NCBI GenBank assembly: GCA_030324005.1 | Contig: JARDVH010000157.1 | Location: 23,688,136 to 23,752,135 of the forward strand | Direction of reading: 5' to 3' | Source of the DNA: Negaprion brevirostris | Lineage: Eukaryota | Length of the DNA stretch: 64,000 nucleotides | The notes under the pieces: generated by a model | What the model saw: only the letters and a program-made list of their open reading frames with translations | Databases searched by the model: none | What the model was told of the DNA's origin: nothing | Translations under genes and position numbers: made by a program | Part shown: positions 1 to 12,305 of the stretch, piece after piece | How positions within the stretch are numbered: position 1 is the first letter of the stretch | How the letters are laid out: each line of letters starts with the position of its first letter

Positions 1-860
1 ATAAAGGTAGAAATCTAAGTTGTCAGGAGGAGGTTGAGAGCCTGCAAAGGGATATGAAGAGGGTAGCTGAGTACAATGGAGTACAATGTTGGAAAGTGTG
101 AACTTGTCCAAATTGGAAGAATAGAAAAGCAGTGTATGATTTTGATTGTAGAACTTGGTGATACAGAGGGACCTGAGTGTCCTGGCACATTAATCACAAA
201 ATTAGTTTGAAGGTACAAGATGATTCAGAAGGCAAATGGAATGTTGGTGTTTATTGCAAAGAAAATCAAATATAAATGGAATGAAGTTTTACTGCAGCTG
301 TAAAGCATCTTGGTGAGACAAATCTGGAATGCTGTTTACAGTTTGGGTTCCCTTATTTGAAAAAATATATCAGTTTTGAAGCAGTGCAAAGGATGCTCAG
401 ACATCTCACTCCTAGGGCAAAGGACTTGCAAAGGAAAGTTGAACAAGTTGGGTCCTTACCCATTGGAGTTTAGAAGAAAGAGATACGATTTTATTGAAAC
501 ATAAGAAGCTGAGGGGACTTGATAGGGTAGGGACCAGTAGGATCTCTCCTCTTTTGGGAGAGCCTAGAACCAGGGGACACAATTTAAGTAGAAGGGATCT
601 ACCGTTTTAGTTGGAGATGAGAAGAAATTTTTTCTTTGAAGGTCATTCATATTTGGAATTCTGTTCCCTGGAGTTCAGTGGAGGCTGGATCACTGAGTTC
701 ATTCAAGTCTGAGATAATAGACTTTTGATCATCAAGTGTTATGGGAGGCAGACAGGAAAGTGGAGTTGAGACCGTAGCCAGAACAGTGACAATCTTAATG
801 AATAGCAGAGCAAGCTTGAAGGGCCAAATGAGACGACTCCTAAGTCCTGTGTTCTTATAT
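1..860 (+). mobile_element. Degenerate CR1 LINE 3' fragment (RT C-terminus and 3' UTR)
   Basis: Decayed CR1 ORF2 C-terminal motifs (qfnvgKCe, lvRp.LEycvqfW, emrrnff) and terminal gggccaaatg...ctcct...gttcttat tail. Confidence 0.85.
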
Positions 861-2384
861 ACATGGAGTTGATCAACACACCATGTCATCTTTGCATATT
901 TGGTTCATTGTTGGGTACTCGTGCCTTCCACTGAAGTGACTTTCTTGTTTAAATTAAGGAATATATATCAAAACCAATTTTACAAAATCTTTAAAAGAAA
1001 TATAGCACCCAGGAAGAGGAAACACTTAGAAGTGTTAATGTAATTTCATCCTACCTCAGTGTGCGTTTGAAATATACACGTTCCAATGCAGGCATTCCCT
1101 AATGATCTGAGAGGTGCTGTAACATTAGTCACTGAACTTAATTCTTGTGGAAACCTGCCACTGGGTTCAACAGATGCTTTAAATGTTGGAGGTAAATTTG
1201 TTTGAGTTTGATATATCAAGTAATGTTATACCTGATGAAGATGGTTGGATCAGGTTTTAATGTATTCAAGCAGTGTCGTTTGCAGTGGAGTAAATTGAGT
1301 GATATGGTGCATTGACTTGGAGTGTTTGCAATAAATGCATAATTTGGTTCATGAGAATTTTCAGTATTGATCAGTTGCTTACTTCTCTGGCTTGGGAGTA
1401 ATAAAAGACTTGTATTTATACAGCTTTCAAATATCAAAGCAAGTGCAGTGAGCAGAATTAGCAATGTACAGTAAAAACTATAAAAGCAATGTTTAGCTGA
1501 TGAATTTAAATAAAATGATGCAGACAATTGCATACTATTGAAATCTAAATTACAATTTTGAGAGATGTATGTTGGCTCCTCTCTACAGATGGTCTTTGAG
1601 TGCTTTCACAAATGATTTCCAAACACCTCACGTATGCCATTGCCAAGACTTTCAGAGCCAGTGTCATATATTTAAGAGTTTCTTGTTATAAATATTAATA
1701 TAAGTTCACTGGCTGGGATCTTTTGTATTTCAACAAATGATCAAGATGTAAGCTGCTTTTTGATTCATGTTTGTAAATTTGAATGGATGATCTATAATTG
1801 GACTGATTGATTCCACGTAATAAAAATAAACTCAGCAAGTACTGAAAATCTGAGTAGAAATATGTAACAGATTTGTCAACAGCTGAGAAGAAACTCTAAT
1901 AATTTGGGTGAAAATTGCTAATCAGAACCATTTAATTCTCTATCTCAAGTTTACTCTCTTTAAGATAGCCATGCGTTTCCAGCCTTTACTTTTACTACTC
2001 GTTGCAGTCCCTGGAGTGATCACCGATCATTTTGTGGTGTGGTACTGAAATTGAGTTGAAAAGGTTTTTTTGTGTCTGAACCACCTTCTTAATATCAATA
2101 AATTGGACTCTGTTTAAAATCATTGACTATTTGGCATCAAAACTTGTAGCTCACCCATGTTAATGGGCCTGAAGTAAAACACATTTGTATTGTACCTTTC
2201 ATTCAGATGCATTTTGTGAAAAGTTTGGAAAGGAAGCTTTTTTTCCTGAGAGCACAGCAAAATTTGCTTGAAAATATATTCATTTGTCTGTCAGAGAATC
2301 TAACGATCCTACTGTCAGTTTAGCAGAACGGTATTCATGTTGACAAGTAGTTGTTTAAGCCACTAGTACCCAACTGTGATCGTC

Positions 2385-2790
2385 TTCTTGCATTTTTATA
2401 TAGTCCCCTTAATGTAGTAATACACCTGAAGCTGCTTCACTTGAGTATTTTCAAATGAAATTCAATATTCACACAAGAAACATTGGGTTAGATTACCCAA
2501 AGCTTGGTCACAGAGGTAGGTTTTAAGGAGCACTTTAAAGGTGGAAAGAGAGTGGGAGGTATGGAAAGATTTAGAGGGGGAACTNNNNNNNNNNNNNNNN
2601 NNNNNNNNNNNNNNNNNNNNNNNNNNNNNNNNNNNNNNNNNNNNNNNNNNNNNNNNNNNNNNNNNNNNNNNNNNNNNNNNNNNNAACTCTAGCTTCTAGG
2701 GACCTTGGCAGCAGTCGGCACAGCCACCAATTGAGCAATTCGTATTGGAAATACAGAGTTCAGCATTGAAGGCGATCAACCTTGGGAGAC
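2385..2790 (-). mobile_element. L2-like LINE 3' fragment
   Basis: ttgcatttttatatag...cttcac tail followed by aagcttggtcacagaggtaggttttaaggagc. Similar to 10998-11560. Confidence 0.55.
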
Positions 2791-5140
2791 CATTTATCAT
2801 CATCTGACGTTCATCCACTTCAAGGAAGTGGTGGGACTGGGACTCACTGTATTCGTTATTTGAAGCAAGAACCTTAACTAATTTCCCTTACTTGCTCCAG
2901 GTCACCAGGGCAATTGTGGCCTCCCCAGTGACACTGAATGTGATGACTCTCAACTCAGCATTGAATAGAACTGGTGTGGAGCAAGTGAATCTTTAACATG
3001 ATGGATGAGGTGCTGTTGTCATAAGGGCCCTAATCTATTACTTTGATAAATGTACACTAGAGAATNNNNNNNNNNCTTTTCAAATAGCCATAGGAAAATA
3101 AATGGTTCATTGATCCTTGATTTATCTAATATCACTGTAGTGTTCAAGCTAGTATCTACTGAAAAATAGGAGAAAGGCAGGTGTGTGAGGTCTCTGGCTA
3201 GTGCACATGACGAGTCATTGCTAGCATTTAACATACTAGGGAATGTACCTCTAAAACATGGTGCTCATGGAAGTGACCAGTGACGAAGTCTAGAAAATAT
3301 CTCGTTGATCTAAAATTTAAGAAATTCAACAGAGTTATTTGTTTGTGTTTTTAACATTTGTGTTGTTTCATTTCCTTGTTTCTGTCTGCATTACTGTGAA
3401 AATTGCAAGTTCCCTTGAGCATAACTTCTCTATTCGTAGGATCTGATTGCTACAATGAAAGAGTGTATGCAAGTTGTGCTTATTTTGGTGTTGTAATGTT
3501 TCCATTGGATTTTGCATTGAAGTCACAACACTTTTGTGCCATCCTAGCATCCCCAAGGTTTGCTCTTTTTGATATGTAAGAAATAAAATGAATATCCTGA
3601 ATTTAGTTAATTTGTTCTTGAACTGGGACAGGTGCCATATTAATGTTTTGGGGAGTTTGGGATGACAATGCCATGGTTATGTTATTGATCTGGGTACAGA
3701 TGACTCCACATGTCCTTCTGTACAGAATGATTGAATAGAAGCTGTCCACTAGATTCTAGATAAAATTCAATACTGCTATCTTACATTTCCACTATTCCTG
3801 GTATACCTGCAGATTATTGCTGACTGAAAAGTTGGATAGTTTTTCTAACAGTGGTAGTCACATTCGTTAGGGAGATACAGTGTACTATATGATAAACAAT
3901 GCTTTATGAATTTTATGATATGTTATCTACTGCTGATGTGTTGTTAGATGGAGGGTATCTGTTCTTATAGGTGGGACACTGCTGGTTTCTTTATTTAAAA
4001 ACAATATTTGCTTTATCATTTAAAAATTGTAAACGCTCTTGAATGGCAAAATATATCGTTTTAGGACTATTCATAGTCATTTAAGTTTATGCAAATGTTA
4101 CTTATCTGTTCAGATTGATGTCGTAGTTCCCAGTTATATTCTTCATTATTCAACTTTCCCTCTGGTCCTTGTCCCATTTCTGCCGGGCATCCAAACACTT
4201 TTAACAATTTGAGGACCTTGTACAATTGATGGGTTTTGATATCACTTGAATGCAAGACAATTGGAAATAACCAGCCATGCCACCAGATGGAAAGTTTTCC
4301 AATTGTACTTTGACATTGTTTAGGCTAATTATGTTGGTAAAAGAGAAAAATGAGTTGCAAGATTGTACATTAATGTTTGAAAATTGAGCCTGCTTGGCAG
4401 TTATCCTGCTAAGCTACGTGCATGTCTGGCCACGCAGCAGCTTGGAATGTACCATGAAGTCCTTGTGTTGGATTAAATGTGTGTCTCAAAAAATTTAAAC
4501 ACACTGCATATTGAAAATATGCATGACAGCAAGATTTTATTGGGAGCACTGTTGTTTGGGTAACATAAGCAATGGAATTGTAATATGTTGAACTGGGAAT
4601 GTCCTGAGTCTGGACAATGGAAAATTAAGCACTTCTGTGTCTTAGAGTGCATTGGCTGTCTGTTTAGTTGCAGAGACCATTTGTTTACCATTAAGTAGGT
4701 TTGGATGCACACATGCATCATGTAACAATTTTGGTGCGAACAAAATCAAATGTCCTCCATATCCAACCCTCTTGTATTTTTTACTTGTTGCTGAGAAACT
4801 TGCATTAATGCTTAGTGCCCAACCAATCTGACTTAATAGTACTCCACATTTTTAAAAGAAGACGTCTGCCTGCAAAGTTGTACAGTGTCCTTTAATTTCC
4901 AGCAAGATAGATTAATGGTCTTCCATAGAGACTTATTATTATAGCTTCTTGGGCAATCTGTATACTTGTGTCCCATTCTGTATAAATCTAATTTCATAAA
5001 CTAATTCTCACGTGAATATGATTTCAATTATTATTCACCATGTTTTCTTTGTGTGCATTCTTGCATGCACCCATATTAACAACAGACTAACTTGATTTCT
5101 ACTGCTGTTGTGTTGGCTGCAGTGCCAAGCCATTCAGAAT

Positions 5141-5433
5141 TTTTTTTTTAAGTTTAAGTTTATTGATTAGTGTCACAAGTAGGTTTACATTAACACTGCA
5201 ATGAAGTTATTGTGAAAATCTCCTAAGCAGCACGCTCAACCTGTTCGGANNNNNNNNNNNNNNNNNNNNNNNNNNNNNNNNNNNNNNNNNNNNNNNNNNN
5301 NNNNNNNNNNNNNNNNNNNNNNNNNNNNNNNNNNNNNNNNNNNNNNNNNNNNNNNNACAGACAACGATCCAAGCTGAGAATTGAGCCCGGGTCCCTGGCG
5401 CTGTGAGACATCAGTGCTAACCACTGTGCCATC
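5141..5433 (-). mobile_element. HE1-like V-SINE, tail type B
   Basis: Reverse-strand tRNA-like head (ggcacagtggttagcactg...ggacccgggctcaattc) and tail cacaataacttcattgcagtgttaatgtaaacctacttgtgacactaat. Contains an N gap. Confidence 0.85.
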
Positions 5434-5565
5434 TTCCTCATTTTGAAGGTGCTAGTTCTCTGGGGGCTATTTCCAAGGCATTAGACACCTCCTGGTATCT
5501 CACCAAAGTAAATATTAATTGTGTGTGAACCTTGATGGTGAAGGTTGCTGGGCTGTTTGATTGTT

Positions 5566-5626
5566 ATGAGGTGGAGATGCTGGCGTTGGACTGGGGTAAA
5601 CACAGTTGTCAGACTTCTTACTGTTT
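5566..5626. mobile_element. Collapsed copy of Penelope-type palindrome family B
   Basis: atgaggtggagatgctggcgttggactggggtaaacacag matches the outer arm at 18883, joined directly to agacttcttactg. Confidence 0.65.
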
Positions 5627-6612
5627 GATTGTTGACAGGTCTCGCAGGTGAACCTGACATTTTGCTTACCTGATGTACAATGCCAGAAGAGTCTTTGAAT
5701 AGTAAGTAGTATGGAACTGGCAATTCTTCCCTTTCTCACCCTCTTCAGTCCAATGCGGGGAGGCCATTTGTATTGTCTCCTGTCATTACCCTGACTTGGG
5801 ATCAATTACAAAGTGCAGATGAATAGTAGCTTTGAGTACTCAGGTACTCGCTGGATAAACTTGGTGAGCCATTATTAGATTGTTCGATCTATATATAGAA
5901 TTCAAAGGCTACTGTTTATTTTTGCAGCATAGAAATAAACCAGAATACAACCAGCTTGTTTTATTTTAAATCATGTATGCAGCTAAAAATGTCCAGGACA
6001 GCTGTGTAATATGCAAGATATTTGTCACTGTTGGTCAGTGATGGATAGTTGAAAGGTTGTAGCTTAGTAGCGAATACATTGAGGGCTTGTAAGATTTGTT
6101 ACAGAACCATTTTGTGTGCTTATATTGCTTTGTGAGGCACTTAGTTCTAATAATATCCTAATCTGCATAGCTGTTAGAACTTGCGTTGTAGTATGTTAGA
6201 TGCTCCTTTTGAGATCTAGATTTGAATCCAATAAAAATCAACGAGATGAAAGTCCTCATGTTGGTAGAAAGAAAGAACCCACCTTTAGCTGACAAGCCTG
6301 ATGTTAAAAGTACCACAAAAATTTCACGTCCTCAGGATGTTTTAAAGCTCTTCAAAACCGATAGTTTTGTTGTCACTTTGTCGGCAAATATGCTGCCAGT
6401 TTACCAACCGCAAAGTCCCGTGAGCAGCAATGAGATAAATGATCAGATTTTTTTCGCAGAATTAATTGTGGGATAAGTGTTTTATGGGATAATTGCTATT
6501 CCTCAAATTGTACCATGGGATTTAATGTTGAGCTGAGAAGGCAGAGGGCCTTTACCTTGATGCCAAAAAGATGTCTGACAATGTAGTACTTCCTCACATC
6601 TGCCCCACCCTG

Positions 6613-8550
6613 TAAGAATTTTTGTAAGTTTCAGTGAAATCACATCATCTAAATTCCAGAGAATACAGGCGCAGTTTCCTCATACTCTCCACGTCACACA
6701 ATCCCACCATCTCAGAGATTAATCTGGTGAACTCCATTGCACTTTGTGGCAAGTATATCCTTCCTTTGANNNNNNNNNNNNNNNNNNNNNNNNNNNNNNN
6801 NNNNNNNNNNNNNNNNNNNNNNNNNNNNNNNNNNNNNNNNNNNNNNNNNNNNNNNNNNNNNNNNNNNNNGTCACACAATCCCACCATCTCAGAGATTAAT
6901 CTGGTGAACTCCATTGCACTTTGTGGCAAGTATATCCTTCCTTTGATAAGGAAACCAAAACAAAAAATGCAATACGCCAGATGCGATCTCACTAAGGCTT
7001 TATGCAATTGTAGCAAGGAATCTTTATTCCTATGCTCCAAATCTTCTTGTGAGGAAGGCCAGCATACCATTTACCTTCCTAATTGCTTGCTGCACCTGCA
7101 TGCTAGCTTTTGGTAACTCATGAATAAGGGCGCCCAGGTCCCTTTGGATATAAATACATCTTTATCTGTTGCCATTTAAGAAATACTTTACATTTCTGTT
7201 TGTTTTGTCAAAGTGGATAATTTTACACGTTCACATTATATTTAATCTACTGTGTTCTTGCTCATTTAGTATGTCCAAGTCCCTTGAAACCTCCTTGCAT
7301 CTTCCTCACAACTTATCATTCCCCTAGTTTTTCAGCAAATTTGAGCATATTACATTTGTTCCCTACATCCCCAAATCATTTATAGTATTGTGAACAACTG
7401 TGGTCCTAGCACTGATCCATACAGTATCCCACAAATAATAGTCTACCAGCCTGAGGATGACCTATATTGTTGTAGAATATATTGTTGTAGATGTTGTAAT
7501 ATTTCTTTAATACTAGCCATTGTCTGCGTGTTGGCAAATCTTTTGATGTATTTTTCGAATCAACCATTGCCAACTTGCCCCCCCATCCCTTCATAGTTTC
7601 CTTAGTTCAGATTTAAGAACTTAGTTTCAGAATGAAATATATAACTTTTAAACTTAATGCAAAATTCTATCATACTGTGGTCACTATTTCCTAAAGGCTC
7701 TTTTACAGCAAGGTTATTAATTACCTCTTTTGCATTATATAATGCTGAATCTAAAATATCTGAATCTCTTGTTGGTTCTGCATCCAAAAACCTATCTCGT
7801 ACACACTCCAGGAATTAATCCTCCCCAGCATTAATGTGAACAAGGTTTATCCAGATGGCATGCAAATTGAAGTTGCCCATAATTGCAATATTACCCATGT
7901 TACAGGCTGCTCTACTTTCCTGATTTACACTGTTCTCTGATAATGACCTGCAGAATCTTCAGCAGAAAGAGTTTTGTGGCAATAAGACTTAGTATTGAGG
8001 TGACATCTCACCAACAAGCTTATCTTGTGGTTTATCACCCTGAAGTACAAAATCTCTGCATTACCACTGCAGATGGCTGGTGAACAACTCCCATCCAATG
8101 TTTGCTGCCCTTTGCTCTTTCTTAGCGCCACTCAAACTGATTCTGCGTCTTGATCCTTTGCTATAAGATGCTGTCATTAATGTAGTGACCTTGTCACTTA
8201 TTAACAATGCAACTCCACCTCCCTTTCATTTTTGCCTGTCCTTAAATGGTGAGTGTTTTTGAATATTCAGTTCCCTATAACCAAGTCTTTCTAATGGCAA
8301 TTAAATCCTTTCCATTTATCTGTTTGTGCATTCAAGCCCTATGCCTTGTTGTGAACGCTGTGTGCATTCAGATAGAATGCCCTTAACTTTATCCTTTTAA
8401 CAGTATTTACATTCTGATCCTATTTGATGCTTGTCTTCGCTTTGTTTGCCTTTCAATTTCATTTATTATGTTTTTGCTTCTTTCCAATCTGAGCTCCTTT
8501 TGAGGTTCCCAACTCCCCTGCCAATCTAGTTTAAACCTTCCCAACAGTAC
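6613..8550 (-). mobile_element. Internally deleted CR1 LINE (ORF1 end, APE, RT C-terminus)
   Basis: Minus-strand ORFs contain LHKALVRSHLAYC and VKEPLGNSDHSMIEF (APE). Reverse complement near 8520-8550 has the ggtttaaactagattggcagggg ORF1 terminus. Confidence 0.85.
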
Positions 8551-9497
8551 TATTGCTTGGTAATGAGTAGTTATTGTAACATAGACAAATATGGCTCTGT
8601 TTTGATGTTGGTTGAAGGAGCAATGTTAGCCAGGTCACCGAGAGCTCTGCTGTTTAAATTGTGCTGTCCATTTGAAAAGGCATGGGGGGCCTCGATTTAA
8701 AATCTCATCTGAAGATTGAGTGGCACCCTAAGTTATATGCTTAAGGCAAACTACAACTTTTCACCTCAAACTGCCAGCAGATAAGCAAAATAAACATTTG
8801 CCAAAATATGTTTTTCTTTTCAAAGCTCCATCTTGAAATGCTACCTGTTGTTGTGTTCAGTCAAGGCAGTGGGGTTGGGTGGGTGTGCACTTCTTAAAAT
8901 TGGAAGAGTACTTTAAGCAAAACACAAATGCTGTTGTGCCTGGATATTGTATTCATAGTCACTGGTTATGTAATGGTTCACATTGTGAACCAGGTGTCTT
9001 CTCATTTTGCAAAATTTCCTGAGCTGCTTTGCATTGTGAAATGACCTTGAAGTAGTACTATTATTTTCAAGATGCCTGAGCCTTCAAGGTGGCAGGGTAA
9101 AGTCAAAGGCATTGTGATTTCGCTGAAAAGAGTTTTGGTTTTAAAAAAGGACATTTATCCTGGAATTTCAAGGGCACTATCATGTTACGGTTTGACGTGG
9201 TTGATGATGGGCATTGGGAGCCTGGTGGCTGGCAATTCTCAATGACCTTGTATTTTGCGTAGTAAGAATAAATATGCTGACTAGGCTGCCTCAGTTTCTA
9301 ACATGTCTATACCTTTGAAGTCTCTACTGGAGCAGTTTCATATTGGGCCAGATGTTCCACCCCCACCTCCACCTGATGCAGTTTTCCTGTGGAGTATGTG
9401 GATATAGTCCAATGCCACTGTAATAGAAATGACAACAACAGGATTGTGCAATATCAATTTTTTTATTTAAAATCAAAATAATGTGGATGCTGGCTTC

Positions 9498-9665
9498 TGA
9501 AACAAAAACAAAAAGTGCTGGAAAATCTCAGCAGGTTATGGGGAGAGAGTAGAGCCAATGTTTCGAGTCTAGATGGGTCATCTTTGAAGAGTCATCTAGA
9601 CTCAACGTTGGCCCTATTCTCTTGCCACATGCTGAGATTTTCCAGCATTTTCTGTTTTCGTTTCA
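9498..9665. repeat. 168-bp imperfect palindrome, Penelope-type family A
   Basis: tgaaacaaaaacaaaaagtgctggaaaatctcagca versus tgctgagattttccagcattttctgttttcgtttca. Inner arms gagtctagatg / catctagactc. Confidence 0.85.
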
Positions 9666-10997
9666 ATTCTTTCTTTATTTGAAGAACCAGCATTTTAGCC
9701 AAAATGAAAATTTCATTTGGTCTTATTTGACAGGCATTAGGTTTTTGTTTTGTTGCTCATGGTGAGTCCTTTAAGGGCTGGCTTAGTTGTAAGTTGATTT
9801 TAGACTGTTTACGAAGTTAGAAAGTAACAATGAGCCTCAAATTTTGTATGACATGGAACAGTTGTGTCACTGAATAAATACGCCGTGGATCTTTAGCTGT
9901 CTCTAAAGTTAATTGTAACTGTTCTATTCTGAAGACATCAACTCTTTCTGGGATACCATTTCTTGAATACTGGAAGTCCACTGGTGTCTTGATCAAATTG
10001 CCATTCTTCAATTTGAAGATCAGATTTGCGGAGGCATTGCAGTTTAAGTGCTTTCCAGGCAAACAAATTTTCCAGAAGTTGTCACTGGAGACAGATCAGA
10101 AGTGATAACTATGGCTACTTTTAAAAATGATATACATAATATTTGGCAGGCAATCATTTACTTTCAGGTTAAAATACTTTAAAAATTAAATGGTTTGAAA
10201 TTTTTTTTGCTGACATTTAAATTTCAGCAATGCAGCAAAGATCACTCAATTACAGTGTCAAGATATGCGCATACAGTAGTCTTTACATAACACTCTGGAA
10301 AGCAGTAGGCATCAATAAAAGGCTTTACATGTTCTGAAACAGTCTATCATTATACTATAGATAGACTATTTAAACCTAGTATGAGTACTATTTTTCAAAT
10401 TTAAAAAAGTTTCCTGCCACGTAAAAGCCCACACTGTTTTGATTCCCAGTAAATGTCCTTTGTTCAGCATCAATCCTTTCTAACAGAAGAACTGTGACAT
10501 TTATAAAGGTAATAATTTGAATGAAGAATTCATATCGGCAATGTGTGTATCTTAGGATACTGGCAGAAGTGCAGTTGGCATTAGTCCCAGGGTTAATTGG
10601 GAGGAAAATTGATCAGAGTTACTGATATCAACTAACTACTAAATGTGTTTTTACATGAGTTGAATGAGGACAGGCTCAGCTAAGACGACAGTGTCTCCAA
10701 GCAAATAGAGTATAAATGGTGTCATATAAATTTAGCAGTTGTACTTTATTAGGTGTCTCACATGAAACCTATTTGAAAAATTCAGGGATAAGGTACGAAA
10801 AAAAGTGTAACTGTGCATAGGAGGTTGGTTGACAGAACCAAGATTGTCACTTAAGATTGGGAAAACATTGAACACTGGGCACACTTATTGCAATCTATGT
10901 ACACTTTTGTTCTTGGCATCTATTAAGAACTTCTGTATTAGGAGCACAATGTCAACGAGCTGAGGATCTGACAAACAGTGAAAAGAAAATCAACAGC

Positions 10998-11560
10998 GGT
11001 TTGCATTTATATAACACCTTTGATGTAGCACAATATCCCAAGGCACTTCACAGGAGTGCTATCAAACAAGATTTGACACTGAGCCACATAAGGGATATTA
11101 AGGGAGATGACCAAAATCTTTGTCAAAAAATTAGGTTCAAGGAGTGTCTTGAAAGGAAGCAAGAAGTGGCGATGTTTAGAATCAAAGCTCTGGATCTTGG
11201 GACTGGATATTTATAATGGCAAATGTGATTAGTGCGTCTTTAGTCAACGTTATTGTCGGTGCAGACTAGATGGGCCAAAGGGCCTTTCCTGCCATGTATG
11301 GTTCTATGATTCCAACAGAAGGCACAGGCGTGTGCCATCGTTGGAGGGATTGAAATTGCAGATGCTCAAATGACCAGAATTGGAGGAAGGCTGTATGACT
11401 TCAGGAAGTTGCAGAGATAAGGAGGAGTGAGATAATAGAGGAATTTGAAAGTGAGGAAAATCATAAAAATTGCCCGACTGAGAGCCAGTGCAGGGAAGCC
11501 AGAGCTGGGGTGATTGGTGACTAGAACTTGGTGCAAATAGTTTTAAATGAGAGGTCTGCA
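10998..11560 (-). mobile_element. L2-like LINE 3' fragment with a short CR1 3' UTR inserted at about 11175-11310
   Basis: ttgcatttatataacacc...cccaaggcacttcacaggag tail. Insert ends gatgggccaaagggcctttcctgcc...gttctatgattc. Confidence 0.65.
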
Positions 11561-12305
11561 GAAAGGGTAGACATGTGCCGAATTCAACTTGATGCAGATA
11601 ATACAAAGTAATACATTTTGGAAGGAAAAACACAACTGGGTTTATACAGTTAATGAAAAGATGCTGGAAGATATGAATGATCAAACAATCTTGAGTTTGA
11701 AATTTATAATTCCCTGTTGTGCAAGTGCAGGCAGATAAAGCCATAAAAGGAACAACAGCATTTTCGATTTTATAAGCAGAGAAAGTGATAATACATGTAC
11801 ATAGATGACACTCTATGTAGTCTTCAGTGCCTGATTTAGAGAAAGCAATTCAAGCCTATGACAATGACATGGATCATCTAGGATGATGTTTGTAAGAGAA
11901 AACCATAGATAGGAAAAACAATATGCTAACACAATTTACGTAGGAAGAAGGTTAATAAAAGATTTAATAAAGATTTTGAAAAATACTTGGGATTTTGATG
12001 AAGGGGGAAGACATTTCTGTTTGGGAAAACTAACAAGGGAGCATAAATTTAGAATTGTTAAATGAATAAGGCAAGAAGTTCAGAAAAGTTTCTTTACTGA
12101 AGATTATTGGGGTGTGAAATGCTTTACTGTAGGGAGCGGTTAAAATGGAGGCATTTGTATTTAAGGGAAAATTGGATGTAAGTAATTGAACTGGAGGAAG
12201 AAACAGGGCTGTGGGGAGTGAGCAAGGCTGTGTGATGAGTTTTGAATTGCTCTTCTAAAGAGTTAGATGTGACAAAATGGGACCTTAAATTTCTACTCCC
12301 TATTA
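11540..12305 (+). mobile_element. Old CR1 LINE 3' fragment
   Basis: Highly decayed RT C-terminal and 3' UTR motifs (catttggaaggaa, gggagcataaattt, ttctttactga). Confidence 0.55.
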
